Source of the DNA: an uncultured Alphaproteobacteria bacterium
Lineage (GTDB): Bacteria; Pseudomonadota; Alphaproteobacteria; RF32; CAG-239
Assembly (NCBI GenBank): GCA_944391415.1
Contig: CALXTM010000001.1
Coordinates: 64,548 to 128,547 of the forward strand
Length of the DNA: 64,000 nt
Direction: 5' to 3'
Under the pieces are notes generated by a model, which was given only the letters and a program-made list of their open reading frames with translations, made no database searches and was not told the DNA's origin. Below are positions 17,918-26,929 of the stretch, piece by piece. The position numbers were made by a program, and so were the translations under genes. Each line of letters begins with the position of its first letter. Position 1 is the first letter of the stretch.

Positions 17918-19046
17918 TGGCACTCCCAAACGGTATCTCACTGCCAATTCCTTGGGCGATGTCTTCAAAATAGACAAAGCCTGTTTCACCGTTGTCAATC
18001 ATAACCCTGGCCCATACATTGTCCGGAGTATAACCGGTTAATCTGACGGTGGTTGATTTGGCAAGTGTCTTAATTGTATCAAAATCAGAAGATGGACCAT
18101 ACATGATTTTGCTTGTCTTGATGAGATGATAGAGCTTTGAGTTGTCTGATTTATCAACCGGAATGCTGATTATCTTACCTACAACCACATCATCAACGCT
18201 TTCTCCGCCATTGCCGAATTTTACCTGCTGATAATAATCTATTTCGTCTTTGGCCGCAAAGATATTCCAAAGTTCTGATTCGCTTAAATTAGTATATTTT
18301 TTTGCCAAGGGAAACGAAAACAATATCACCAAAATCAAAGGAATAACCAGTTGTACTGCCTTGAGTAAAGCTATGTTCCATGGTTTTGGCGCAAGGGTTT
18401 TGACATTAAATGTTTGCAAAAATCGGTCTATGAGCTTTGCATCCTCGGCCGAAGCAAATCGCTTGGCCAAAAGACCGCATTTGGTTGCTTCGACATAATG
18501 ACCATCTTTGGCGTAGGCTATCATATTGTGAATAAAAACCCTAAAAGTATCGCAAGATGATATCGGATGCAAAAAATTACCGGATATTGCTTTGATATTG
18601 GCAAAAAATGCTTTGGGATGCCACCAACCAATAAGCCAGTCAACAAATGCAATCAAAAAATTGAGCCTGATAGCCTTGGTATAGTTTACAATTTGGGTGT
18701 CGCTTGATATCTTATAGCCGCTAAACCAGGCCTTGATCATTTCAAGTTTAACGGCTCTGATATTAACACCTTCTTGCTCATCAACAAAAGGTGTCATGCT
18801 ATCTGTATCGGGATAGTTTTCTTTGTAATAAACCAACGACAGCAGGTCATAGACTAGTCTGCTTTTATCATTGCTAAGAATATCATAGGCAACCGAAAGC
18901 TGCTGAAAAATATCAGTAGCATTTGGGTCTTTGTTATAATCGGGATGCCATATTTTGGCTAAATCACGATAGGCTTTTTTGATTGTATCGACATCAGCAT
19001 ATTGTTCTATATGCAATATATCATAATACCCCAAAGCATCTTTCAT
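17907..19046 (-). CDS. J-domain membrane protein with C-terminal SH3_3-like domain
   Basis: N-terminus YYDILHIEQYADVDTIKKAYRDLAKIWHPDYNKD with an intact HPD. Two hydrophobic segments. C-terminus KIMYGPSSDFDTIKTLAKSTTVRLTGYTPDNVWARVMIDNGETGFVYFEDI fits the bacterial SH3 pattern. The ATG abuts the stop of the upstream ORF. Confidence 0.7.
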   Translation of the reverse strand: MKDALGYYDILHIEQYADVDTIKKAYRDLAKIWHPDYNKDPNATDIFQQLSVAYDILSNDKSRLVYDLLSLVYYKENYPDTDSMTPFVDEQEGVNIRAVKLEMIKAWFSGYKISSDTQIVNYTKAIRLNFLIAFVDWLIGWWHPKAFFANIKAISGNFLHPISSCDTFRVFIHNMIAYAKDGHYVEATKCGLLAKRFASAEDAKLIDRFLQTFNVKTLAPKPWNIALLKAVQLVIPLILVILFSFPLAKKYTNLSESELWNIFAAKDEIDYYQQVKFGNGGESVDDVVVGKIISIPVDKSDNSKLYHLIKTSKIMYGPSSDFDTIKTLAKSTTVRLTGYTPDNVWARVMIDNGETGFVYFEDIAQGIGSEIPFGSAIID

Positions 19047-20522
19047 CTAAACATATATCCCCTGTTTTATGGTGTTTTCGGGCAGAAAGCTTATAAATGC
19101 TTCTTTTTGATTGATTTTGATACTTCCTGCATAGCCAAGATTATAAATCGATTTCTTAAACAAATTGATAATATCGGTACAAAAATCTTTTTTCATATTT
19201 TGTGAAGTTCGGATTATCAAGTCAAAATGGCGTTTGGGTTTATCTGTTAGACCGTCAAATTGAAACCCGCCAAGTTTGGAAAACTCTGTTTCAACAATAA
19301 AACGAGTAATGTCTTGCAATCCTTGAGATTGGTTTTGCGGTTCATTTTGTTCCTTTTTTAGTGCTATTTTAAGCGGCTTAAAACTGTTGCCATCAAACAA
19401 AGGCATTTCAACAACACGCCATGATGGTGTTTCTTTAAGTGCGGACGAAATAAAAGAATTAAGCTCTTCCGTAATCAACGTTTTGGCCTCGGCTCCGTGA
19501 TGATCAAGTCGCAGGGTCTTGGCTGAAAGCCACTTGGATACATCTGTTTCTTTGATGGCTTGGTATAAATCATAGATATTTTCCAATAGATGTTCGCCGG
19601 TAAACGGCAGCTTTTTGACTATCTCGGCCAATAAAGGCGGATCAACCTCATTTAATACTGCCAAGTTTTTTAGTTGCGGATATGTTGCAACCATCTCCGG
19701 TTTTAGAGCTGAATTATGATCTTGATGCAACAAGGCAATAACATTATCCAAAAAAGCAAGTTCTTGCCTAAGTGTAGACGTTTGCGAGGTAATGGTTAAA
19801 ACAACCTGTTCGGCCAAAGGTAATTTTATTTCTGAAGGGAAAAAAGTATTACCCAACGGAGTATTGATAAATGTAAGATTATTAGTGCGGCCGGCCACTT
19901 CGCCGCCGATCTGCCGGCCGATAAAAGACGCAACTATATTTTGCAGCTGCTCTTTGGCTGATATTGCCGGCTGATCAGCCCTAATATTTGCAATATTGTC
20001 AAACCATTTTTGCAAGGAATTGAGCAAATCATTATTGTCAACTGTTTGACCAATGGACGATAAAGATACATTAAGCGGAGCAATATCTTGCGAAACTTGT
20101 TTTATTACACGTTCGGGAATGTGTAACTCCTTGAGCTTGCCTATTATCATGTCTTGCAATTTTAGCGGCGGCAAATCAATTGGCGGATACGTCCGTCCCT
20201 GTGGTGTTATCAGGGCTTGCTCGGTTTCATTGGGCAACTGAGATTTTAGAGGCACAATTTGACCGTTGCTTTTGATCTTGAGGCTGATGATTTGATCTTT
20301 GCTCAATGAGGCCGACAAAAAATTATCCGGCAAATTAACCTCAAATGTTTCTCCGTTAAGATGCAACAAATTTTTACCAGGCAAAATTTCCAACTTGGCT
20401 AATGCTCCTCCTTTGATCATATCCATAAATTGTGCGGGCAAATCTGAAAGTGTCCAAACCACTCCCGTGTCAGAAGTTGTAGGAATTAAACCCACCGATA
20501 ACGGATTAATAGAATTGTTCAT
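19047..20522 (-). CDS. hypothetical flagellar-operon protein with FliK-like (Flg_hook-like) C-terminus
   Basis: 491 aa, overlapping the flhG 3' end by 17 nt. The C-terminus FIVETEFSKLGGFQFDG...FDLIIRTSQNMKKDF...NLGYAGSIKI aligns by eye with the C-terminal domain of the FliK in this window. Confidence 0.6.
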   Translation of the reverse strand: MNNSINPLSVGLIPTTSDTGVVWTLSDLPAQFMDMIKGGALAKLEILPGKNLLHLNGETFEVNLPDNFLSASLSKDQIISLKIKSNGQIVPLKSQLPNETEQALITPQGRTYPPIDLPPLKLQDMIIGKLKELHIPERVIKQVSQDIAPLNVSLSSIGQTVDNNDLLNSLQKWFDNIANIRADQPAISAKEQLQNIVASFIGRQIGGEVAGRTNNLTFINTPLGNTFFPSEIKLPLAEQVVLTITSQTSTLRQELAFLDNVIALLHQDHNSALKPEMVATYPQLKNLAVLNEVDPPLLAEIVKKLPFTGEHLLENIYDLYQAIKETDVSKWLSAKTLRLDHHGAEAKTLITEELNSFISSALKETPSWRVVEMPLFDGNSFKPLKIALKKEQNEPQNQSQGLQDITRFIVETEFSKLGGFQFDGLTDKPKRHFDLIIRTSQNMKKDFCTDIINLFKKSIYNLGYAGSIKINQKEAFISFLPENTIKQGIYV

Positions 20523-21315
20523 TATTCATAATCCTTTTGGCTATGGAAATAACATCTAATGCTGCCTCTGACTGAGGATAGCGGTTGATAATAGTCGTCT
20601 GGTTACGGATAGAATCTCTTACTCTGGTATCATGTCTTATTACACCTAGCAACGGTAATGATTTTTTCAAGAACTCGCGACAAGCTTTATCCAAAATGCC
20701 ATAAGTTCTTAAACCGCTGTTAATATCATTGACCTGGTTAATGACCAAATAAAGCGAGGTTGCAGGATAACTCATGGTCAAAGTTTTTATCAAATCATAA
20801 CTATCGGTCACCGACTGCGGATTGTCTGTACAAATAACGATGGCCGACTTGGACATGCCTGCCAAAACTTTGGTTGAATTTGATAACCCGGCCTGCATAT
20901 CAAGAATCGTACGGTGATAATTTTGAGATAAAATATTCAAATCCTCACCCAGAATTTGCAGTCGTCCGACGGAAAGTGTTGATAGCCCCGATGCGCCTGG
21001 ATTGCCAACTGCCAAAGCAAAATGTCCTTTTTCATAATCAAAAACAACCTGGTTGAGACTTTTTTCGCCAGACATAACCAAATTGAGATCATTGACCGCC
21101 CCAAGGCCTAACTGAATCTTGATATTGTTAAGGCCGCAATCACCGTCAAACAAAAGAACTTTTTGTTTAAGCAAACTAAGTGCTTGTGCCAAAGTTATGG
21201 CAAACCAGGTCTTGCCGCTGCCGCGACGCCCGGAAATAACTGCAATCATATTTTTGCCTTTGAGGGCTGACGCATCTTCAGCAAAAACAGGATAATTTGC
21301 AAGCTTTTCTGTCAT
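20506..21315 (-). CDS. flhG: MinD/ParA-family ATPase, FlhG/FleN-like
   Basis: 269 aa. P-loop GRRGSGKT and MinD-like switch regions. Lies 5 nt downstream of flhA. Confidence 0.7.
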   Translation of the reverse strand: MTEKLANYPVFAEDASALKGKNMIAVISGRRGSGKTWFAITLAQALSLLKQKVLLFDGDCGLNNIKIQLGLGAVNDLNLVMSGEKSLNQVVFDYEKGHFALAVGNPGASGLSTLSVGRLQILGEDLNILSQNYHRTILDMQAGLSNSTKVLAGMSKSAIVICTDNPQSVTDSYDLIKTLTMSYPATSLYLVINQVNDINSGLRTYGILDKACREFLKKSLPLLGVIRHDTRVRDSIRNQTTIINRYPQSEAALDVISIAKRIMNNEQFY

Positions 21316-21320
21316 TAATC

Positions 21321-23432
21321 TTATATCTGCCCTACTGTTTTTATTTTGGCTTTGGGATGAATTTCATTTTGCGACATAACCACACTAAGCGGCCTAAAAC
21401 GCTCAATAATCGAACGTACAAACGGCCTGATGCCAGGGCTCGTTAGTATTACCGGGCTTTCACCTTTGGCTGCTAAATCTTCCATCACAGTACGAACCTT
21501 GCTTATAAAAGCCTGAAGCATACTGGGAGCCATAGCCAGTTGCCTTTCATCACCCTCGCCAACAATGGACTGCGCAAAATTTTGCTCCCATTCTGCCGAT
21601 AACGGAACCAAAGAAATAACCCCAAACTCGTTGGCATAGGCGTTTGATAATTGTCTGGACAAACGACTTCTGACATGCTCGGTAATAAGCATAAGGCTGT
21701 GTGTCGAGGTAACCGCTTCGGAAATACCTTCCAAAATAGTTGGGAGATCGCGAATCGATACCCGCTCTTGTAAAAGATTTTTGAGGACGCGTTGAACCGC
21801 TGCCAGGCTGATTTTGGACGGAATAAGGTCTTTGACCAATTTTTGGTGCTCTTTGTCCAGTTCATCAAGCAATTTTTGGGTTTCGGCATAGGACAAAAGT
21901 TCGGGCATGTTTTCTTTGACCAATTCGGTAATATGGGTTGTAACAACCGTGGCCGGATCAACAACCGTATAGCCTCTGAACATGGCCTCTTCTCGATAAG
22001 AGGGGTCAACCCACATGGCTTTGAGCCCAAAGGTTGGCTCAAAAGTGTCTTCACCCGGCAAATTAATCGGCTCACCGCGCGGATCCATAACCAAAAGTTG
22101 GGTCGGCCGCAATTCGCCTTTGCCGGATTTTACTTCTTTGATATAGATATTGTATTCATTGGCCTCAAGCTGCATATTGTCTTGAATACGAATCGATGGC
22201 ATAACAAAACCAAGCTCTAATGCCAGGGCTCGGCGTAATGCTTTAATTTGATCGGTTAGCTTGCGGTTGGATTCCTCATTAATCAACGGTAATAAACCAT
22301 AGCCTATTTCCAAACGAATTAGGTCAACTTTCAAAACATTGGCTATCGGCTCATCGGCTAATTTGCTTAAAGCACTTTGCTTTTGCTCTTGTTCCATAAC
22401 TGCTTGGGCCTGGGCAAATTCTTCTTTTTGGCGTTTATCCAAATAATATGCAGTGCCACCGGTCAAACTGGCTAAGATTAAAAACGGAATTGCCGGGGTT
22501 CCAGGTATCATACCCAAGGCAACCGCCAAACCGGCACTCATACCAAGAGCCTTGGGATAGTTGGCCAACTGCTCAAACAAAACTTTGTCGGTTGATTCCG
22601 TCATGCCGGCCTTGGAAACCAAAATACCGGCTGCAACCGAAACAATCAGAGCCGGAACCTGACTGACCAAACCATCACCGACCGTAAGACGAGTATAAGT
22701 CTCACCGGCGGCAGAAAAGCTCATGTCGTTTTGAACCATGCCGATGATAATACCGGCAACAATATTGATAAACGTTATAAGCAAACCGGCTATTGCGTCG
22801 CCTCTTACAAATTTTGAGGCACCATCCATGGCTCCGTAAAAAGAACTTTCTTTTGACAAGTCTTCGCGGCGTTTCTTGGCTTCGTCTTCATTGATTAGGC
22901 CTGATGATAAATCGGCATCAATGGCCATTTGCTTGCCTGGCATTGCATCCAAAGCAAAGCGGGCGGCAACTTCGGCAATACGACCAGAACCTTTGGTAAT
23001 TACCACAAAATTTACCAAAATCAAAATTGCAAAAATGATTACGCCGATAACAAAATTATTGCCCATAATAAAACCGCCAAACGCTTTAATAACTTCTCCG
23101 GCGGCATCGGGGCCAAGATAACCTCGTGATAAAATAAGCCTGGTAGATGCCAAATTAAGCGCCAGACGATATAATGTGGTGATTAATAAGACCAGCGGAA
23201 ATGCACTGAATTCTATAGGCTTTTCAATAAAAATAGCCATCATCAAAACCACACAAGACATGGTGATAGATAGCGCCAAGGCAATATCCAACAGCCATGT
23301 CGGAAGCGGCAAAATCAAAATAACCAACATCAAAATTATGGAAACCGCAAAAAGCAAGTCGCCTCTTTTGGCCGAGCCTAAAAACATCTCTCGAAACGAT
23401 GTGCGGATATTATTTGTCGTTGCTTTTGCCAT
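21321..23432 (-). CDS. flhA: flagellar export apparatus protein FlhA
   Basis: 703 aa. An N-terminal polytopic membrane domain followed by a large cytoplasmic domain, with a typical FlhA N-terminus ...RGDLLFAVSIILMLVILILPLP. Confidence 0.95.
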   Translation of the reverse strand: MAKATTNNIRTSFREMFLGSAKRGDLLFAVSIILMLVILILPLPTWLLDIALALSITMSCVVLMMAIFIEKPIEFSAFPLVLLITTLYRLALNLASTRLILSRGYLGPDAAGEVIKAFGGFIMGNNFVIGVIIFAILILVNFVVITKGSGRIAEVAARFALDAMPGKQMAIDADLSSGLINEDEAKKRREDLSKESSFYGAMDGASKFVRGDAIAGLLITFINIVAGIIIGMVQNDMSFSAAGETYTRLTVGDGLVSQVPALIVSVAAGILVSKAGMTESTDKVLFEQLANYPKALGMSAGLAVALGMIPGTPAIPFLILASLTGGTAYYLDKRQKEEFAQAQAVMEQEQKQSALSKLADEPIANVLKVDLIRLEIGYGLLPLINEESNRKLTDQIKALRRALALELGFVMPSIRIQDNMQLEANEYNIYIKEVKSGKGELRPTQLLVMDPRGEPINLPGEDTFEPTFGLKAMWVDPSYREEAMFRGYTVVDPATVVTTHITELVKENMPELLSYAETQKLLDELDKEHQKLVKDLIPSKISLAAVQRVLKNLLQERVSIRDLPTILEGISEAVTSTHSLMLITEHVRSRLSRQLSNAYANEFGVISLVPLSAEWEQNFAQSIVGEGDERQLAMAPSMLQAFISKVRTVMEDLAAKGESPVILTSPGIRPFVRSIIERFRPLSVVMSQNEIHPKAKIKTVGQI

Positions 23433-23441
23433 TAGATTGGA

Positions 23442-24755
23442 CTACTCCTGATGCGAAGGAATTTCAAACCCTTCTTCCTGATATTGCTTAAGCTTGTTAC
23501 GCAGTGTGCGAATTGATATTCCCAATAAGGTCGCCGCCGTGGAACGATTCCAGGAGGTGCTTGCCATGGTGTCTAAAATTAATTTGCGCTCTACCTCGGC
23601 AACTGTGTGACCAACTGCGCTGTTTTCGTCTTTTTGCTCAACACTTTTATGAGCTGAGGCATCTTGCAACATAACAGATGCTTCATCTATTTCATCGCCG
23701 GTCGACAGCAAAACCGCACGATGCATGGTGTTTTCCAGCTCCCTTACATTGCCTGGCCACAAATAATTAAGAAGCATCTTTTCGGCTCCGGCCGATAAAT
23801 CTTTCATCGGTAATTCATTTAGCTCGGAATATTTTTTTATAAAATGCTTGGCCAAAACTATAATATCACCAGGGCGGTCTTTAAGCGCGGGAATATTGAG
23901 ATTGATAACATTAAGCCGATAGTATAAATCTTGGCGAAAACTTCCGTCTTGTACACATTGCTCAAGATTGCGGTTTGAGGTTGCAATAATGCGGGTGTCT
24001 ACTTTAACTGGGGTTTTGCCTCCCAAACGATCAATCTCTTTTTCCTGAATAGCACGAAGCAATTTGGCTTGAAGCCCAATATTCATCTCTGATATTTCAT
24101 CCAAAAGCAAAGTACCGCCGGAGGCCTCTTCAAATTTGCCGATACGACGAGCAACCGCGCCGGTAAAAGCTCCTTTTTCATAACCAAATAACTCCGATTC
24201 AAGCAATGCCTCCGGAATGGCAGCACAATTGACAGCAACAAATTTTTGGTTGGCGCGTTTAGAATTGTCATGAATAAAGCGTGAAAAAATTTCTTTACCA
24301 GTACCGGATGCTCCGGTAATCAAAACACTTGCCTCTGACGGAGCAATCTGCTTGGCCATTTTTAGAATTGCTTCGGTTTTTTTGTCGCCATATATCAAGG
24401 CGTGGCTTTCTCTGGTAGCCGCGGCTAAAACCGCACCGATCAGCTCGGGATCCGGAGGCAGAGGGATATACTCCTTGGCCCCGGCTTTGATCGCTTTAAC
24501 GGCTAAAGACGTATCATTGGCAACACCACAGGCAACAACCAAAACATTGATGCGAGCATCAGTAAGCGATGAAATAAATTTGTGAACATCAAGCGTCACA
24601 TCTATCATCACTAGCTCTATCGTTTTGCCAGAACGCAAAATATCAAGTGCAGTTTCGATGCTGTCTGCCAAAGAAACCTGCCCTCCCTTGGAGATGGCAA
24701 TTTTACTTGCCGCTCCTATTTGTCCGTTTAATGTTCCGACAATAAGCAATTCCAT
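23442..24755 (-). CDS. flbD: sigma-54-dependent flagellar transcriptional activator (FlbD/FleR type)
   Basis: 437 aa: receiver-like N-terminus, AAA+ core with GASGTGKE Walker A and the GAFTGA loop (EKGAFTGAV), and a C-terminal Fis-type HTH AATLLGISIRTLRNKLKQY. Confidence 0.85.
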   Translation of the reverse strand: MELLIVGTLNGQIGAASKIAISKGGQVSLADSIETALDILRSGKTIELVMIDVTLDVHKFISSLTDARINVLVVACGVANDTSLAVKAIKAGAKEYIPLPPDPELIGAVLAAATRESHALIYGDKKTEAILKMAKQIAPSEASVLITGASGTGKEIFSRFIHDNSKRANQKFVAVNCAAIPEALLESELFGYEKGAFTGAVARRIGKFEEASGGTLLLDEISEMNIGLQAKLLRAIQEKEIDRLGGKTPVKVDTRIIATSNRNLEQCVQDGSFRQDLYYRLNVINLNIPALKDRPGDIIVLAKHFIKKYSELNELPMKDLSAGAEKMLLNYLWPGNVRELENTMHRAVLLSTGDEIDEASVMLQDASAHKSVEQKDENSAVGHTVAEVERKLILDTMASTSWNRSTAATLLGISIRTLRNKLKQYQEEGFEIPSHQE

Positions 24756-24771
24756 ATTCTATAAACCCTGT

Positions 24772-25125
24772 TTATTTGTTTGGCGCTTTAATAACTTCCG
24801 TCATGGTAATGCCAAGTTTATCGTCAACAACCACAACCTCGCCTCTGGCAACCAGACTGTTGTTGACATAAATATCTATAGCTTCGCCAACTTTGCGGTC
24901 AAGCTCGATAATGGCTCCTTTGCTAAGTTTCATCAACTGGCTTACCTTCATACTTGTTTTGCCCAAAACAGCCGACACCTTGACCGGAATATTATAGACC
25001 GCCTCAAGATCAGAGGTCGATGTGGGGATGTCAAAATCCTCCATACCTACATCTTTGCGCAAAATCGGCTCGTCATCAGAACTTTGCGATGCGCTCATTT
25101 CATTTAGTTCAAAATTATTATCCAT
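24772..25125 (-). CDS. fliN: flagellar motor switch protein FliN
   Basis: 117 aa. SpoA-type C-terminus VSAVLGKTSMKVSQLMKLSKGAIIELDRKVGEAIDIYVNNSLVARGEVVVVDDKLGI. Confidence 0.9.
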   Translation of the reverse strand: MDNNFELNEMSASQSSDDEPILRKDVGMEDFDIPTSTSDLEAVYNIPVKVSAVLGKTSMKVSQLMKLSKGAIIELDRKVGEAIDIYVNNSLVARGEVVVVDDKLGITMTEVIKAPNK

Positions 25126-25876
25126 GTTCCCTCTCTTGTGTATTATTATCTAGTAACTCTTTAACTTTATTTAATGTCTCCGATACATTGCGTTCCACAC
25201 CACCGTTTTTCCATTCGATACGGCAATCACTCGGCCCCAAAGTATCATCTTTGTGAACAGCTATTTTGCCTTCAAAATCATTTTGCTCGGCCAGCTTGCC
25301 TATGCTGTCGGCAACAAGCGTAACCGTCGCCGGATTAAATGCAAAAGAAAGTGTCTCCTGTCCGGCAAAATTGGCAAAATTTTGCGCCATAAAATTTTTG
25401 ACCTCAACCTCGGCTCGTTCTTTTTCTAATGTCGGCAAAATTTTGCGCACTAATTCTATGGCAAATTGCAGGGCTGAATTTTCAACCTCGGTAGCTTTTT
25501 TATCTAATCCGGCAAAAATATCGGTCAACTGTCTACTAATATCTTCCAATAATAAGTCTCGTTTTTTATCTTCTTCCCCTATTGCCTCGGTACGACCTTG
25601 CTCATAGGCTTTTTCCTCGGCCATTTTTACCGCAGCATCAAGCTCTTCTTTTGAATAGCTTGGCTCTTGCTCAACCGGTGCTTTGATTGGCTCCTCGACC
25701 GCAACCGGTATTACTGCCTCTGGCTCAACAACTGCCTGATCTGTTGTGAGGACCTCTTCTGGTAAATTATCAGCTGAGGTATCAACATCTTGGCTAACAG
25801 TCAATGTTTCTTCAGTCGACGGGGGCTCGCTTGAAACCACGAAATTATCAAACATATATTTTTGATACTCTGCCAC
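25118..25876 (-). CDS. fliH: flagellar assembly protein FliH (FlbE-type)
   Basis: 252 aa between fliG and fliN, with an acidic N-terminus and a C-terminal ...GPSDCRIEWKNGGVER motif typical of alphaproteobacterial FliH. Confidence 0.7.
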   Translation of the reverse strand: MAEYQKYMFDNFVVSSEPPSTEETLTVSQDVDTSADNLPEEVLTTDQAVVEPEAVIPVAVEEPIKAPVEQEPSYSKEELDAAVKMAEEKAYEQGRTEAIGEEDKKRDLLLEDISRQLTDIFAGLDKKATEVENSALQFAIELVRKILPTLEKERAEVEVKNFMAQNFANFAGQETLSFAFNPATVTLVADSIGKLAEQNDFEGKIAVHKDDTLGPSDCRIEWKNGGVERNVSETLNKVKELLDNNTQEREHG

Positions 25877-25895
25877 TTGTTTTCAAACCTTTTTA

Positions 25896-26918
25896 TTAAT
25901 ATATCAGCTCGTCGCTGTCTTTACCCTCGGACACAATAATCTCGCCGCTGTTGGCCAAATCTTTGGCCGTAGAAACGATGTATTGTTGCGCCTCTTCAAC
26001 ATCTCTGACACGAACAGGCCCCATAGCATCCATATCCTCTTTGATAATTTTACCGGCACGTGTCGACATATTGTTGAAGAACAATTCTTTAACTGTCTCA
26101 GATGCTCCTTTTAATGCTATTGCCAACTTATCTTTATCTACATTACGCAGCAAAATTTGGATGCCTTGCGAATCGATACGAACCAAATCTTCAAACGTAA
26201 ACATCAAAGATTTTACGCGCTCGGCACTTTCGCGGTTGCGCTCTTCCAACGCCTCCATAAAACGAGTTTCGGTGTTGCGGTCCAATGAATTGAAAATATC
26301 GGCAATAAGCTCGTGGGCATCTCTTCTGGTGGATTTGGACAAATTGCTCATAAACTCTTTGCGCAAGGTCTTTTCAAGACTATCCAAAACCTCTTTTTGA
26401 ACAGAATCCATCCTAAGCATGCGCATGACTATTTCCATCGCAAAATTTTCAGGGAAAAGCGCTATAACCTTGGCTGCATGCTCGGCCTTGATTTTGGATA
26501 AAATAACTGCAATGGTTTGCGGATATTCGTTTTTGAGATAGTTGGCCAAAACATGTTCGTTGACATTGCCAAGTTTATCCCACATCGTGCGGCCGGCAGG
26601 GCCCCTGATCTCCTCCATAATGACTGAAACGCGGTCTTTGTCCAGCGCTTTGGCAAGCAACCTTTCCGTGCTTTCGTAAGAGCCGACCAAACTGCCCGTA
26701 CTGCTGATTTTGTCATTAAATTCGGCAATAAGTTGTTCAATGACGTTGGAGTTTATTTTGCCCAATGAGGCCATGATAACCGAAAGCTCTTTAATCTCCT
26801 CGTCATCCATCATCGAAAACAAGGTGGCTGAGCGCTCTTCATCCAAAGACAGCATCAAAATGGCAGCTTTTTGCTGACCTGATAAAAGATTGTAATCGTC
26901 GATAACATTTTGTTTCAT
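25896..26918 (-). CDS. fliG: flagellar motor switch protein FliG
   Basis: 340 aa. GQQKAAILMLSL N-terminus and MFTFEDL C-terminal torque-helix region. Confidence 0.95.
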   Translation of the reverse strand: MKQNVIDDYNLLSGQQKAAILMLSLDEERSATLFSMMDDEEIKELSVIMASLGKINSNVIEQLIAEFNDKISSTGSLVGSYESTERLLAKALDKDRVSVIMEEIRGPAGRTMWDKLGNVNEHVLANYLKNEYPQTIAVILSKIKAEHAAKVIALFPENFAMEIVMRMLRMDSVQKEVLDSLEKTLRKEFMSNLSKSTRRDAHELIADIFNSLDRNTETRFMEALEERNRESAERVKSLMFTFEDLVRIDSQGIQILLRNVDKDKLAIALKGASETVKELFFNNMSTRAGKIIKEDMDAMGPVRVRDVEEAQQYIVSTAKDLANSGEIIVSEGKDSDELIY

Positions 26919-26929
26919 CTGTCTTTTTC

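Noticed and set aside
21503-22220. Long internal ORFs inside flhA (190 aa on the minus strand, 142 aa on the plus strand)
   Set aside because: They are out-of-frame or antisense shadows within a gene whose own frame gives a full-length, clearly recognisable FlhA.
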